Source: Hypanus sabinus
Lineage: Eukaryota
NCBI RefSeq assembly: GCF_030144855.1
Contig: NW_026779567.1
Location: forward strand, 1-64,000
Length of the DNA: 64,000 nt
Reading direction: 5' to 3'
Positions within the stretch are counted from its first letter, which is position 1. Each line of letters opens with the position of its first letter. Both the position numbers and the translations under genes were made by a program. Shown here one piece after another: positions 37,235 through 49,603 of the stretch. Below the pieces are notes generated by a model. It saw only the letters and a list, made by a program, of their open reading frames with translations, was not told the DNA's origin and made no database searches.

Positions 37235-39470
37235 ACACTACAACACAGTACAGGCCCTTCAGCCCTCCATGGTGTGCCGACCCATATAATCCTTAAACAA
37301 AACAGTAAACCCACACTACCCATAACCCTCCATTTTTCTTTTATCCATATGCCTGTCCAAGAGGCTCTTAAATACCCTTAATGTTTTAGCCTCCACCACC
37401 ATCCCTGGTAATTCATTCCAGGCACATCCTCTGCGGAAAGAAGCTTACCCCTGATGTCTCCCCTAAACTTCCATTTCTTAATTTTTTTACATATGCCCTC
37501 TGGTGTTTGCTATTGGTGCCCTGGGAAACAGGTACTGACTATCCACCCTGTCTATGCCTCTCATAATCTTATAGACCTCTATCAAGTCCCCTCTCATCCT
37601 TCTACACTCCAAAGAGAAAAGTTCCAGCTCTGCTAACATTGCTTCATATGACTTGTTCTCCAATCCAGGCAACATCCTGGTAAATCTCCTCTGCACTCTC
37701 TCCATAGTTTCCACATACTTCCTATAATGAGGTGACCAGAATTGAACACAATAGTCTAAGTGCGGTCTCACCAGAGATTTGTAGAGTTTCAACATGACCA
37801 CTCTACTCTTGAACTCAATCCCCCTGTTGATGAAGCCTAGCAACCCATAGGCCTTCTTAACCGCCCCTATCAACCTGTACAGCGACCTTGAGGGATATAT
37901 GGATTTGAACCCCAAGGTCCCTTTGTTCATCCACACCATTAATCCTGTACTCAGTCTTCTGGTTAGTCCTTCCAAAATGCATCACCTCACACTTGCCCGA
38001 ATTGAATTCCATCTGCCATTTTTTGCCCAACTCTGCAGCCTGTCTATATCCTCTTGTAACCTTCGATCACCTACAGCTCCATCCACAACTCCTCCAATCT
38101 TCGATTCAGCCGCAAACTTACTCATCCATCCTTCCACCTCGACATCCAGGTTATTTATAAAAATCACAAATAGCATGGGTCCCAGGACATATCCCTGCGG
38201 CACTACACTAGTCATCGACCTCCAGGCAGAATACTTTCCTTCCACAACTACACTCTGCTTTCTTCCTTTAAGTCAATTTTTTATCTAAGCAGCCAAGGTT
38301 CTACTTATCCCACGCCTCATGACTTTCTGGATGAGTCTCTCATCAGGGACCTTGTCAAATGCTTTGCTATAGTCCATGTAGACCACAAACACTGTCCTAC
38401 CCTCATCCATTTCTTTTGTTAATCTTCAAAAAATTCAATCAGGCTCGTGAGGCATGATCTTCCTTTCACAAAGCCATGTTGACTATCCATGAGTAGACTG
38501 TACTTCTCCAAATGCTCGTAGATCCTATCCTTAAGAATACTTTCCAGTAGTTTGCAGACCACCGACATAAGACTCACCAGTCTATAGTTCCCAGGTTTCT
38601 CCTTATAACCTTTTTAAACAAGACAACTACTTTTGCCATTTCCAATCTTCTGGCAATTCCCCTGCAGTCAAAGAGGATACAAAGATCATAGCTAATGCTC
38701 CTGCGATCTCTTCTCTTAATTCCCACAACAACCTGGGGTGTATCATATCCGGCCCTGGGGATTTATCAATCTTAATGTTTTTAAGAAGATCCAGCACTAC
38801 TTCTTCCTTAATCTCCACATTGTCCAGCACACAGGCCTGCTCTACTTCGACCTCATCCAGATCAAGATCCTTTTCACTTGTGAATACTGAAGCAAAGTAT
38901 TCACTTAGGACCTCTCCAACCTCGTCCGCCTCCAGGTGCATGTTGTCCATGTTCCCACCTTCGTTCTCGTCATCCTCCTATTCTTCGCATACGCAGAGAA
39001 CGCCTTGGGGTTCTCCTTAATTCTACATGCCAAGGCCTTCTCATGCCCCCTTCGAGCTCTCCTAAGTCCTTTCTTTGGCTCCTGCCTGGCTACCCTATAT
39101 TTCTCATATGCTCCTCCTACTTCCTGTTTCTTATATCTAACATATGCTTCTGTTTTTCTCTTGACGAGTTGCCTCACATGTTTCGTCAGCCACGGTTCCC
39201 TTTTCCTACCATTTTTCCTTGCCTCAGTGGGACAAATCTATCCTGAACCCAGCACAAGTGTTCCCTAAACTTCTCCCACGTTACTTCTGTGCTTTCCCCT
39301 TTGAACATCTGTTTCCAATTTACTCTCGCTAGCTCCTGCCTCATCCCTTCAAAGTTAGCCCTTCCCCAGTTAAGCACTTTACCATTTTGTCTGATTTTAT
39401 CCCTTTCCACACCTATGCTGAAGCTAAGTGAGTTGTGGGCTCTCTCTCCAAAATGCTCCCCCACCAAGAG
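37235..39470 (-). mobile_element. CR1 LINE, ~2.2 kb 3' portion
   Basis: KSPGPDMIHPRLL, VPQGYVLGPMLF, YKSLVRPHLDYCVQFWSPH, RGDLIEVYKIMRG, then 3' UTR. Confidence 0.92.
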
Positions 39471-39529
39471 GTCAAGTCAATATATATCAAGACTACTCAT
39501 TTTAGTCTCGCCCAACCTCGGTGGACAAA

Positions 39530-39740
39530 TCAGCAGATGCTGGAAGTCAAACCAACAGGCACACAATGCAATTCCAATGTGAATTCCACACACTGGAACT
39601 CAACAGGCCAGGTCGCATTTATTGAAAAGAGTGAACATTTCAGGATCAGTCTTGATGAAGGATCTCGGCCCGAAACGTCGACAGCTTACATTGTGCATAG
39701 ATGCTGCCTGGCCTGAGGAGTTCCTCCAGAATTTGGTGTT
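39530..39740. mobile_element. Penelope-derived inverted-repeat element with a hammerhead-like motif
   Basis: Inverted arms; CAGTC TTGATGA A GGATCTCGGCCC GAAACGTC GACAG at 39647-39684. Confidence 0.65.
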
Positions 39741-39789
39741 GCTCAGTGGAAAAATCCTGCTTGCATTTGTCCTATACGTATGCCTCAGT

Positions 39790-42350
39790 ATTTATTATAC
39801 CTCTGTTAAATCCCCCTCTAAGCTTCGAGAATTAAAATGCCAACCTACCCTTCCTTCCTTACAACTCAGGTCCTCCAGATCCGACAAGGTCTTTTGAAAT
39901 TTCCTCTGGACTGCTTCAACCTGATTTATATCCTTCTTGTTAGCAGATGACCAAACCTGCGCACAGTACTCCCAGTCAGGCCTCAATGGCGTCTTATTCA
40001 ACTTCAACATTACGTCCTGTCTCCTGTAATCAGTACTTTGATTTATGAAAGCCAGTACGCAAAAGGCTTTCATTTCAACCCCTATACCTCTGCCAACATT
40101 TAAATGAACTAAGGACCCGTATTGCCAGATCCGTTTGTTCCACCGCACACCCCAGCGTACTGTTCACTGTGTAAATCCTACCCTGGGGGGTCCTACCGAA
40201 ATGCAGCACCTCGCACTTGTCTGCATTAAAATCCATCCACCAGTTGTACAGCTGGTCCAAATCCCACTGGAATTTAATAGACTTCCTTGTTGACCACTGG
40301 ACCCCTAATATTGGAGTCATCCGCAAATGTGCGGATCCAGTTAGCCACATTGTCATCCATATCAATGGTATAGATGTCAAGCAACAGCGGAACCGGCACG
40401 ATCCCTTTGGCACTCCACTAGTCACAGGCCTCCAGTCAGAGAGGCAATTACTTCCTCGCTTCTCCCACAAAGCTAATACTTAATACAATTTACTACCTCT
40501 CATTGAATGCCAAGCCACTGAACTTTATTGACCAGCATCCCATGCGGGACCTTGTCAAATATCTTGATAAAATCCATGCACATAACATCCACTTCTTTGC
40601 CTTCATCAACGTTCCTAGTAAATTGCCCTTAAAAAGCTATCATATTCATTCGACTTGACCTACAGGACGCAAAACTGTTCTGACTATCCGTAATCAGCCC
40701 CTGTCCATGCAAATACTCACAAAGCTGATAGTTTAGAATACCGTCCACTATCTTTCCCACCACTGATGTCAAGCTCACAGCAGCTTTCTTAAACAGCGGA
40801 ACAACATTACACATTACTCATCGACACGATGGGGCAAGTGACCTAATTCTGATCAATTATAGTATGGTCGTGTTCTTGAGTCAGAGAGGGTAATTAAATC
40901 AGCCAGAATGAAATGGCAGTGCCGACTCCATGGGGCAAATTCCTCAAATCTGCCCTTATACCTTATCACCTTATTCGCTATTCTCCAGTTTCCCGTTTCC
41001 TCACCCGCCGCTAATGGTGATTGAAACATTTCTGCTGGAGCCCGAGCAGTTTCTGCATCTGCCTTTTCAGAGGGAGCATCTTGGCAGGACCTGGGAGTTT
41101 GTCAACTGAATTTGCCTCAAGGCAGGAACATGTCCGTCTCTGTGATAAGTATATGGTCAATGAGCTGCTTCGCCTCTTCAGATTCTGCCTCCGTCTCCCG
41201 AATGTGATAACACCCACAGCTCCCGATAACAATTGGCTTCATGCACTGATGACCGTTCAGGATACAAATTTTGTCTCTTGCAATTATTTCGCTTTTTCCT
41301 TTTCTGAAATCCCCTTCGGATTCTAGTCATATCGTCTCCTTGGGCAACCCCGTGTCTTCTTTAACCTTCCTGATCTTTTCTTTAGTGTTCTCTTGCATCT
41401 CCCATACCCCAGAAGTACCTCACTTGTCCCTACCTGCCAATACCTGTTAAGCTACTTCATGTATTTCTTCAATGTCTGCAACAATATCTCTTGAAAAACA
41501 AAGTTCTCTAAACCTGTTACTTTACGTTTTATTCTGACAGGCACATACAAGCTCGCAACTCTCAAAATGTCACTTTTGAAGGCATCGCTTTCGCCAAGTA
41601 CACCACTGCCTGATAACAGCGTGTTGCAAAGCACAGTTCTCAAAGCCTTCTTAGATACCATCAAAATTGGCATTTTGATGCCAATTTTGACCCCACAAGC
41701 CAGACCGTTGCTTAACAATATTTACTTTTAAAATAACGGCATTGTGAACGCTAGGTGTTAAGATTTCGCCTACACAATCTTCTGTCACCAGCCGTGTCTC
41801 AGTATCTAATGAAGGAAACTTTTCTGAACATATTTAACAAACACTATCCAACCTAGGAATTTTGAGCATGGGAGGCCCAGTGAATGTGTGGAAAGTTAAA
41901 ATCAGCTACTTTCACAAAGTTATGTTTCATTATACAATCTGGGATCTCGCTATAAATACGTTCCTCGAAATGGCTCGGACTGCTGGGTGGTCCGTAATAT
42001 AGCCCCAGTAACGTGGTCCGACCTTTTCACCCTTAACGCCTCACTAGAGGAATTCTCCAGTCTGTTCTGATGGAGCACTGCCACGGTATTTTCCCGTGCC
42101 GGTAACGCGACCACTTCTCCTTTAACCACCCCCCCCCCCCTTCGCTCTGTGGTGTCTAAAACAACGGAACCCCGGAATATAGATCTGTCAATCCTGCCCC
42201 TGTCTCTCTAATGGCTACAATATTGTAAAACCTGTCGATTTATGTTCTGACCTTAAATGCCTTTTCTTCAATACTTCTTGCATTGAAATATATGAAGAAC
42301 TGGACATTAATCTCAACATTCTTTACTTCTTGATTCTTGACTTTGCCTGA
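39790..42350 (-). mobile_element. CR1 LINE fragments (two older copies)
   Basis: WRPVTSGVPKGS, FNADKCEVLHFGR, VSLTSVVGKI. Confidence 0.75.
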
Positions 42351-42689
42351 GGGCTTAACATCTGTTTGAGAAACTTGGATATGTACGTGGATGGGAGGGG
42401 TATGGAGAGCAGGTCAGTGGCAATCAGCACAATAATAATTTAACACGGAGACGGGAAGCAGTACACAAATAACCGGTGTGGAATACAGAGACTGAGAATC
42501 GTATGCGGTAAAATTCCCCGCTGTTGGATATGGAGACCAGAACCGCACGCGGTAAAACTCCTGGCCTGGAAACGTAATCCCACGGTGGATTTTGTCAGTG
42601 ACTGTGAACAGACATGATTAATGACATTGCAAATGGGGACTGAATAAATAGTTGGTCTAACAATTCTAATCAGTCACACCATCTACTTG

Positions 42690-42985
42690 CATTTCTCCCT
42701 CACTCCTGACTACTTACACTGTCTCCCTCACCACTCCCTCCTCCCAGTCCCTCTTCATCTTCCGGCCCTCTACTCCAGACTTCCCTTCTTGCTCACTGTC
42801 TCCCTGAACGTCACGCCTCTCCCTAATCCCTTCCTTATCATCGCCTCTCTCAATTATCTGTGCTTCCTCACCGCCTCTCTCTCCCTCCCCCTTCCCTATC
42901 CCTCTCAGTTACACCCCTACTCGACCAGTCTCCCACTCTCTTCCACCCCTGTCCTCGCTCTTTCCTTCTCTCTACTACTCTATCA
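42690..42985 (+). repeat. CT-rich low-complexity tract
   Basis: Pyrimidine-rich run. Confidence 0.75.
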
Positions 42986-43099
42986 TCAACAGCTCAACAG
43001 AGGACGCCATCTCCACGGCACTTCACTCTGCCCTGACCCACCTGGACAACCCCAACTCTCACGTCAGAATGCTTTTCATTGACTTTAGTAGCTGTTTGA

Positions 43100-43535
43100 A
43101 AGCAACAGCAGCCACACCCCGGGCAATGGCTACGACAAGCCGGCTAAACCAGGTGAGGGTAGCCGACGGGTCTCAAACGCGCAGTGAGATAGGGAGTTGT
43201 CTATCCCAGCACGAGAAGACAGACTCCAGCGGATAGAGCGTACGAGACCAATGGAAGGTCTAACGGTCAAAAAGGCGGTCTCTGCAAGCATTGTGGAACG
43301 TGCAGACTAGGACAAGACACAGAAGACATCCTGGTCAACCACTGTGCCTAGTCTCATCTCCGGACGTCTCGACTCTTGTCTTGCCACTAGATCCAGATGG
43401 GAATTGGGAAGTCAGAGTGAGGTTGATGCTGCACAGCTCTCCCTCATTTAAATCCAAATCATGCTCTAGTCTCGACACCATCATCATCATAATGGCATCG
43501 AGGTCTTCATTGACGATGACGATGGACGAACAACA
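43100..43535 (+). mobile_element. RTE-clade-related non-autonomous retroposon fragment
   Basis: GCCGGCTAAACCAGGTGAGGGTAGCCGACGGGTCTCAAAC, GCAGCTCTCCCTCATTTAAATCCAA and the end GGACGAACAAC resemble RTE-derived short elements as I recall them; not verified. Confidence 0.45.
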
Positions 43536-44039
43536 CGTCAGGCTCACTAGCAGCTCTCTGCGGCTTGCAGAGAGACACACTGAGAGTTGATTACATTATA
43601 CATTGTATCCTTGTTTGAATAAAGAGAGGAGGACTCACTGTTAAGGACAGGAATGAACATCTGTCTAGCACCCAATAAGCATTTTACCTTTTGTCTCTCT
43701 CCGTTAGTCGCTTGCCCAAGGCTGATCAAATATCTTGACGGGATTGGGTAGAATCTGTTGGAAGACTCGTATAAGTTAGACAAAATTTTACGAAGTGGAA
43801 AGGAGGCAGTATCAGTTAAATTTTGCTAAATGGGCAGCAGGCGGTACCGGGTAAATTTTATGACGTGGGCAAGAGGCAGATGTGCCAGGTAAATTTATCA
43901 ATTGTGCAGGAGGTTCCAGCCAGGTAAATTTATTAAGTGGGCAGGAAGTGCCAGTCTAGTAAATTTATCCGATTGTTAATTGAGCAGGAGGCTTTGTGCC
44001 GGGTAAAATAGTTAGGGAACATTGGTCAATTGCAGTTGA

Positions 44040-45676
44040 TTGATATGAGTGGGCCAGGAGCAGCCCGACACAATGTGTGAGAGTTTTCCAGAAAAGGAAA
44101 AAGTTTGCAGCGCTGAATAAGAAATTGAGGAACAAAATCTGGCCACTGGGGGGGAACCTGGGATATTACCTCGTGAGAACAAGCAGTAAATTTGATATGG
44201 AAAAAGAACTGTGAACAGAAATGGAAATTGTTGAAAAGGGAATGGAAGGAAAGGCAGATGCAAAGTGGAATAGTATATTATTCGCAAGTTGGTGGAATAA
44301 TGCATGTGACGAAGTGATAGAGGTACGTACTGCAGAAAGAACGCCAAAGGTTGGGAGAGGCTAACAGCGGAACGTGAACGGGTGGATGGGCGCCGAAAAC
44401 AAGAGCAGGAAAAAACAATATAAACAAACCAAAGCCATTCTAGATAAGACAGCAGGGCTGGAAAGTCAGTTTGAAGTTTGAACTGATAGGGAAACAAGGG
44501 ATCCTGAACCCATATCTGGCTGTCCTGACGAAGGGTCTCGGCCTGAAATGTCAACAGTGCCTCTCCCAATAGATGCTGCCTGGCCTGTTGTGTTCCACCA
44601 GCATTTTGTGTGTGTTGCTTGAATTTCCAGCATCTGCAGATTTCCTCGTGTCTGGCATCCCAACACTGTTTGAGGACAGTGACCATGATGAGGAGTGGGC
44701 ACCCACCGTTCTCCTCCACCTTGCCAGTAGCCAAGTGCAGCCAGTGCCCCGAAACATAATCCTCCCAGTACTCAGATACGGTGGCTGCCCGGGTAAAACA
44801 GCGGCATGTCTCTACACCCTGAGATCCAGAAAGGGAATACCAAGGATTATTCCGAGACAGGAAGGGAAGAATCCAAAAAAACTCCAGAGTTAATGGCTCT
44901 ACAAAGACAATTGCCCACCTGAATGCTGCCCAATCCATGAGCAGGAAAAGGAACAGCCCTCAGTGATTCCCGTGTTTGCACCCTGGAAGCCTCAAGAAAT
45001 GATAATGATCATGAATCAGGCCCCAGGTAGAAAAGAAAAACCAACACAGTTTGTTCAGTGTGTCCACAGTACTATACAAATGTGTAATGCCACTCCACAA
45101 GATTTATTCGGTCTCTGCTGCACGATTCTCCCAGCTGATGAGGGGTGGAACTGGAAGGCAGAATTGAGATACCAAACCTATCAGGAGTTACAGACGGGAA
45201 ACCATAATGAGAATGAACAGACAGACCAGATTATTCAAGCCTCCGAAAGGGCTCTCCAGCAACCCGTAAACATCACTAAAATACTTGAATCCAAACCTTA
45301 GCCTGGGGAATCAGGACCATTAGGAGCGACTTAGGGCCTGCTATGGCACTTTCGCAGGAGATCAAGCCTGTCATGGTGGAAATCCGTCCCCCCAGTTTAA
45401 AGCCTTACTGCTCCGATGCTTAACAACTAAGTTAGCCAACGTGATTAAAACAAATAATATGGATTGTGCTGACAATGACCGAAATCGAATGCGATGAGCT
45501 TTGACAAATTATTGGGACCCAACCTTCGAATCCCGATCAATCCTGAAGGGAACTCATACTAAAAGTGAATAGGTTCAGCGGGAAGAAGGACGCGAAGGGG
45601 CTACATCTGGAGATCAGAAATGGGAACAAAAACCCACCAAGGGACCGGTGGGGACAACAGCCCGCTTAGAAATTGA
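44040..45676 (+). pseudogene. gag: ERV gag (disrupted; Penelope fragment inserted at ~44520-44650)
   Basis: Matrix-like WPxGGTW and capsid-like PWKPQEMIMIMNQAP..F..T.QDL; stops and frameshifts. Confidence 0.7.
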
Positions 45677-46030
45677 CAAGCAAGGATGCTTCCAACCATG
45701 AGTATCACCCCTCAGGAAGAGCCCAATGTAGTATTGCAAGTTGCTGGAATTCCAATTCTGTTTCTGATTGATATGGGGGCAACCACAAACACTCTCAATC
45801 AGGAAATGGTATCCGAACAGGGATTCCAGCCATCAGCCACCACAATCCCTCTGTCTGGGTTCGAAGGCACAGAACGTACGTATTCACGTACCCAGCCACT
45901 GCAGGTGGAATTCCGGGGGGATCCGGTGTGAAGTTTCATTTACAGTCACCACCAGTCGGGGGTGTAATCTTCCAGGAAAAAAGCATGCCCTATCCTTTGA
46001 AACAAGAGATTCTGTGCATGGACAAGGGTA
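45677..46030 (+). pseudogene. pro: ERV aspartic protease (degenerate)
   Basis: EPNVVLQVAGIPILFLIDMGATTNTLN...LSGFEG; D-T-G is mutated to D-M-G. Confidence 0.8.
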
Positions 46031-46082
46031 TCACCCTGGAACTAGTGAACAGACGACATCTTCCCCAGTTTCTGACCACCCA

Positions 46083-46380
46083 ATGGTGGCACTTAATCTG
46101 GACTCAACTGCGTTTGCACCCCTTCTGGCAGTGGCCAACTATCATGTGACTCTGTGGTACGACCCTATGGGGTGCACAACTGAGGTAAGCCAATACTATG
46201 CACCCCTCGAGGACCATTAGATATCAGTCACAGTGATAGGAGAGGCTAGAGGAAGAGAGGGCAGTGCATTTCTGGCCAAAGTTCCGGATTTCCTTTGGCG
46301 ACAGAGAGGACTTGTGGTTCCCCATACCACCGTTTGGGTTCGTCCCAGGTTCAAGCCAAAGAGCCTCGGATTCCTCGCTT
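46083..46380 (+). pseudogene. ERV 2H phosphoesterase (CNPase/LigT-like) domain, one in-frame stop
   Basis: One frame reads YHVTLWYD...(TAG 46218-46220)...GREGSAFLAKV...VPHTTVWVRPRFKPKSLG, with two HxT motifs 60 codons apart. Confidence 0.7.
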
Positions 46381-46539
46381 AAACGTTGACAAAACAAGGG
46401 TTGACGAAACAGAACTTCCTAGACTGGGAAACATGCATCCTAGCCAGACTTGCAGGTGCCCAGCAGCGGAGAGGAATAACTGAGACTGAGTGATTTTGGA
46501 AGATCACTTTTCATTCCTGTGGAGTAGCCAGGAATTCAC

Positions 46540-46910
46540 CAGAGATAATCAATTTGGCTACAGCACTTGAGGAGCTGGCCACAATACTGCAGGGGCTCTG
46601 ACAGAAACACAGGCCCAAGTAACAGAAATATCCACTGAAATGATTGCAATCCAGCAAACAGTCGTACAGAATCATTTGGCTTTAGATTTTATCCTCACTG
46701 AGAAAGGGGGAACCTGTGCTATTAGTGACATAGAATGCTGCACTTATATCCCTAATGAGTCTACTAACATTACATCCCTCTCCAAGCACACTGCCAAGGA
46801 GATTGACAGCATCAAGTAAGTAGGGCAGGATTTACATGGGTTCACTGAAGGGTTGAAGACCTGTTAGGTAATATGTCGGGCATGATATTGCATTATGGCT
46901 CAATAGTTGT
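46540..46910 (+). pseudogene. env: ERV env transmembrane subunit fragment
   Basis: EMIAIQQTVVQNHLALDFILTEKGGTCAISDIECCTYIPNES: immunosuppressive domain plus CX6CC. Confidence 0.9.
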
Positions 46911-48944
46911 ACATAATGATCAAAAGGAAGGAATGATAATGTATGTAAAAGGGTTAACACTTTGCTAAGCAGGAGCAGCCTGTTTTTCTGAAAGAAACTG
47001 CTGATGATCAACAGATGTGCTAAGCCATGCTGAGCCGTATTTCTTCTCAATAGGGCTTCAAGATGCTTATCTCCTTGTGTACTCATGCACAGAGATAGGA
47101 CACAGCAGTCTGGTCTGTGTGTGTAAGCCATTATGACTATTTTGTAAATTGTCTTTAGGCGCTGTAAGCCCCGGGTAATTGGAATGAAGAGTTTGTACAT
47201 ATACAGTGTCTGAGTGACTTTATCCGGATTCGACTTCCACAGAATGAGACTGTTTTTAAAGGGCTGGACTGCTGGAAGCACATTACCAGACCTGCAGTGA
47301 TTACAACTGGATCTGACAGAGGCAAAACTGGTTCTGCTGGGCACATTCAGTCTCCCTCCATCTATTCCCTACCTTCCCTTTTACAGGTATGCAATCTCTA
47401 AAGGACCAGTGATTGAGTAAATGAGACTCACGAAACTTTCTCCTGACTGAATCACTGGAATCTCCAAGTCAGATGGGTTCTCTCCAGTTGATGCTCTCAA
47501 TCCTTGGGTTGGTTCACTTGTTGCTGTTCCCTCATCTTCAGTCGTGGTTTCCCACTGCCCGACAGCTTGATCCCCAAGGGCATTTTACTTGGATCTAATA
47601 CTGTGATATCCAACCTCACACAGTCACAGAGCTGCACCTGCCACTTACCCACCCTGAGAGTCTCACACATCATCCCCACGTCTCAGACTGGGGAGTGCAA
47701 TCCGGGATTTCCCCACAACCAATGTCCAGCTTCTCGAGATATCTTCTTCATTGCAGAAGGACAAGCAACCAGCCCCATCTATAGAAACACTAACCAAAGT
47801 CAAAGCCAAAACACCAACAGTTCCATATGCCTGGAATGTCGATCGCAGGATTAGAGCCCAAGCACCAACTCTCCCAGTACTCCTTGCTGCCAGTAAAATG
47901 CTACAGTGTGTCAGCCAGTCACTGTTCATAAACTAGTACCTCCACACCAATGCACAACACAACTGGTACCGGATGACCCTCTGGCATTCCAGCTAACAAA
48001 AACTGATTCTGGAAATAACTCAGCAAGGCCAAAGATGCAAAAGAACTCTTCACAATGAAGACAAAGGTTTAAAAGAAAGATTGCTGATATATAACATTGC
48101 AGAGGTGGGATACAGGGTGGACTGAGGTTGACCCAGATGGTTGATGTATATCACTGAAGTGGGAGTGAGGAGGCTGGACAGAGGTTGAACAAGATGGGCA
48201 GGGAATGAGCAGATGGAACCAGGTGGGAGAAGGGATCAAGGATAATCACTGATGAGCCTTCAGCAATACACAGATACTGAATTAACAGCATACACTACCA
48301 TATAGAAGATTCTAAAATGACCAAGTTAGAACAAACAACAAGAACTTTGCCATATATACTTTGATCCTCACCACATTTTTATCAACAAACCATAGCAACT
48401 TTCCTATCTAGACAGTTCAAGTTTTGCATGGTAACTGCTCTGCTCGTGACTGTGAGGAACTGCAGAGACCTTTGGATACAGATCAGCACATCACAGAAAC
48501 CATTCTCCCCCCTAGGCCTCCCAGTCCCTAGGTAAAGCAGGCAGTGAAATCAAAGATCCCCACAACCTGGGACGTTCTTCCTTCTCTCCCACCACAATTG
48601 GGGAGAAACAACAGCCATAAAGCTGAAGGAAGCGAGGGGAGTTGAGGGAAGTTAACGGGACTCAATGGCCAACATCAGATGTCCCAACAAAACTCAGAGG
48701 AAGCATCACCACTCATCCGGGGACAGTACGAACACACCACGTGATCTTGCACCAGATCTGCAGTAAGAAGCCTCAAGTGACCTGCTGACGGGACTTCCTT
48801 TTCAATTCTGTGGAAATAGACAGCCCGGACTCCTGGTTTGGATCATTGAATGCAGATGAAGAGAAGTCTACACATTTTTGACGAGCCCGGGTAACTGGGT
48901 ACTAAATGAGTAATTGGCCCTCAGTTCGGGACTCACGGCCAACA

Positions 48945-49180
48945 ACAGATCTCCTCGCTCCAGATTGGTCTCAATACTCACCGATGGGAAATTGATGTCT
49001 TTTGCCCGCAGACAGTGATCCCGACCAAGGAGGTGAGGACACTTTCCCGATCCAATAAAATAATCTACTTCAGCACTGACCAGAAAGGAAAACACCACCA
49101 ATCCAGAGGCAGTGATCATGCGCAAAGAGATTGTTACATCTGCGATTAAATGGGAGGGGAAATGGGATCACGTCTACCAT
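48945..49180 (-). promoter_or_regulatory. Decayed copy of the promoter/first-exon module
   Basis: TACTCACCGA.GGGAAATTG.TG..CCCGCAGA matches 52413-52450; retains the donor gtgagt, CATGCGC and GGGATCACGT. Confidence 0.5.
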
Positions 49181-49448
49181 CACCCGACAGAGCACTCCAG
49201 CTACCCAGAACTCTGTGGAAAGAAACAAAGTTGCCCCTCACATTCCCTCTCACCTTAATTGTAACAGACATTTCAACCCCCAAGAAAAACATAACATCTG
49301 TCTATCTATTCCTCTCATAATCTTATAAATGTCCAACCAGTCTCACCACAGCCTGTGCTGCTCTGGAGAAAGCAACACGTTTGTCCAACCTCTCGTTATA
49401 GTTCATGCCCTCTAATCTAGACATTCTCCTGTAAACCTCTTTTACACC

Positions 49449-49601
49449 CTCTACTATTATTATGACATTTCACATTCTTAAAATAGTGACCCTAACTAAC
49501 CTAAGACAGGGAATGTTTTCCAGGATTAAATGTCAGGAATTGTGAAAAACTGAGTTTAAATGTAATTGGCTACAGTGTGTGTAAACTTCAGACTTCAACT
49601 G
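49449..49601 (+). mobile_element. Right IR/DR end of a Sleeping Beauty/salmonid-type Tc1 element
   Basis: CCTAAGACAGGGAAT..GGATTAAATGTCAGGAATTGTGAAAAA.TGAGTTTAAATGTA.TTGGCTA..GTGT.TGTAAACTTC.GACTTCAACTG followed by TA. Confidence 0.85.
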
Positions 49602-49603
49602 TA

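Larger units (their letters stand above)
43545..47150 (+). mobile_element. Internally deleted endogenous retrovirus (epsilon-like gag-pro, gamma-type env)
   Basis: Gag WPLGGTWD (~44137) and VFAPWKPQEM..ATPQDL; gag stop TGA-C at 45674 in frame with protease FLIDMGAT; 2H motifs; env TM; PPT AAAAGGAAGGAA then TG at 46934. RT and integrase are absent. Confidence 0.85.

Noticed and set aside
44012-44938. 308-aa minus-strand ORF
   Set aside because: Runs antisense across ERV gag and an inserted Penelope fragment; no recognisable domain.
46540-46910. Syncytin-like captured env
   Set aside because: No SU or signal peptide, and stops precede the membrane anchor.
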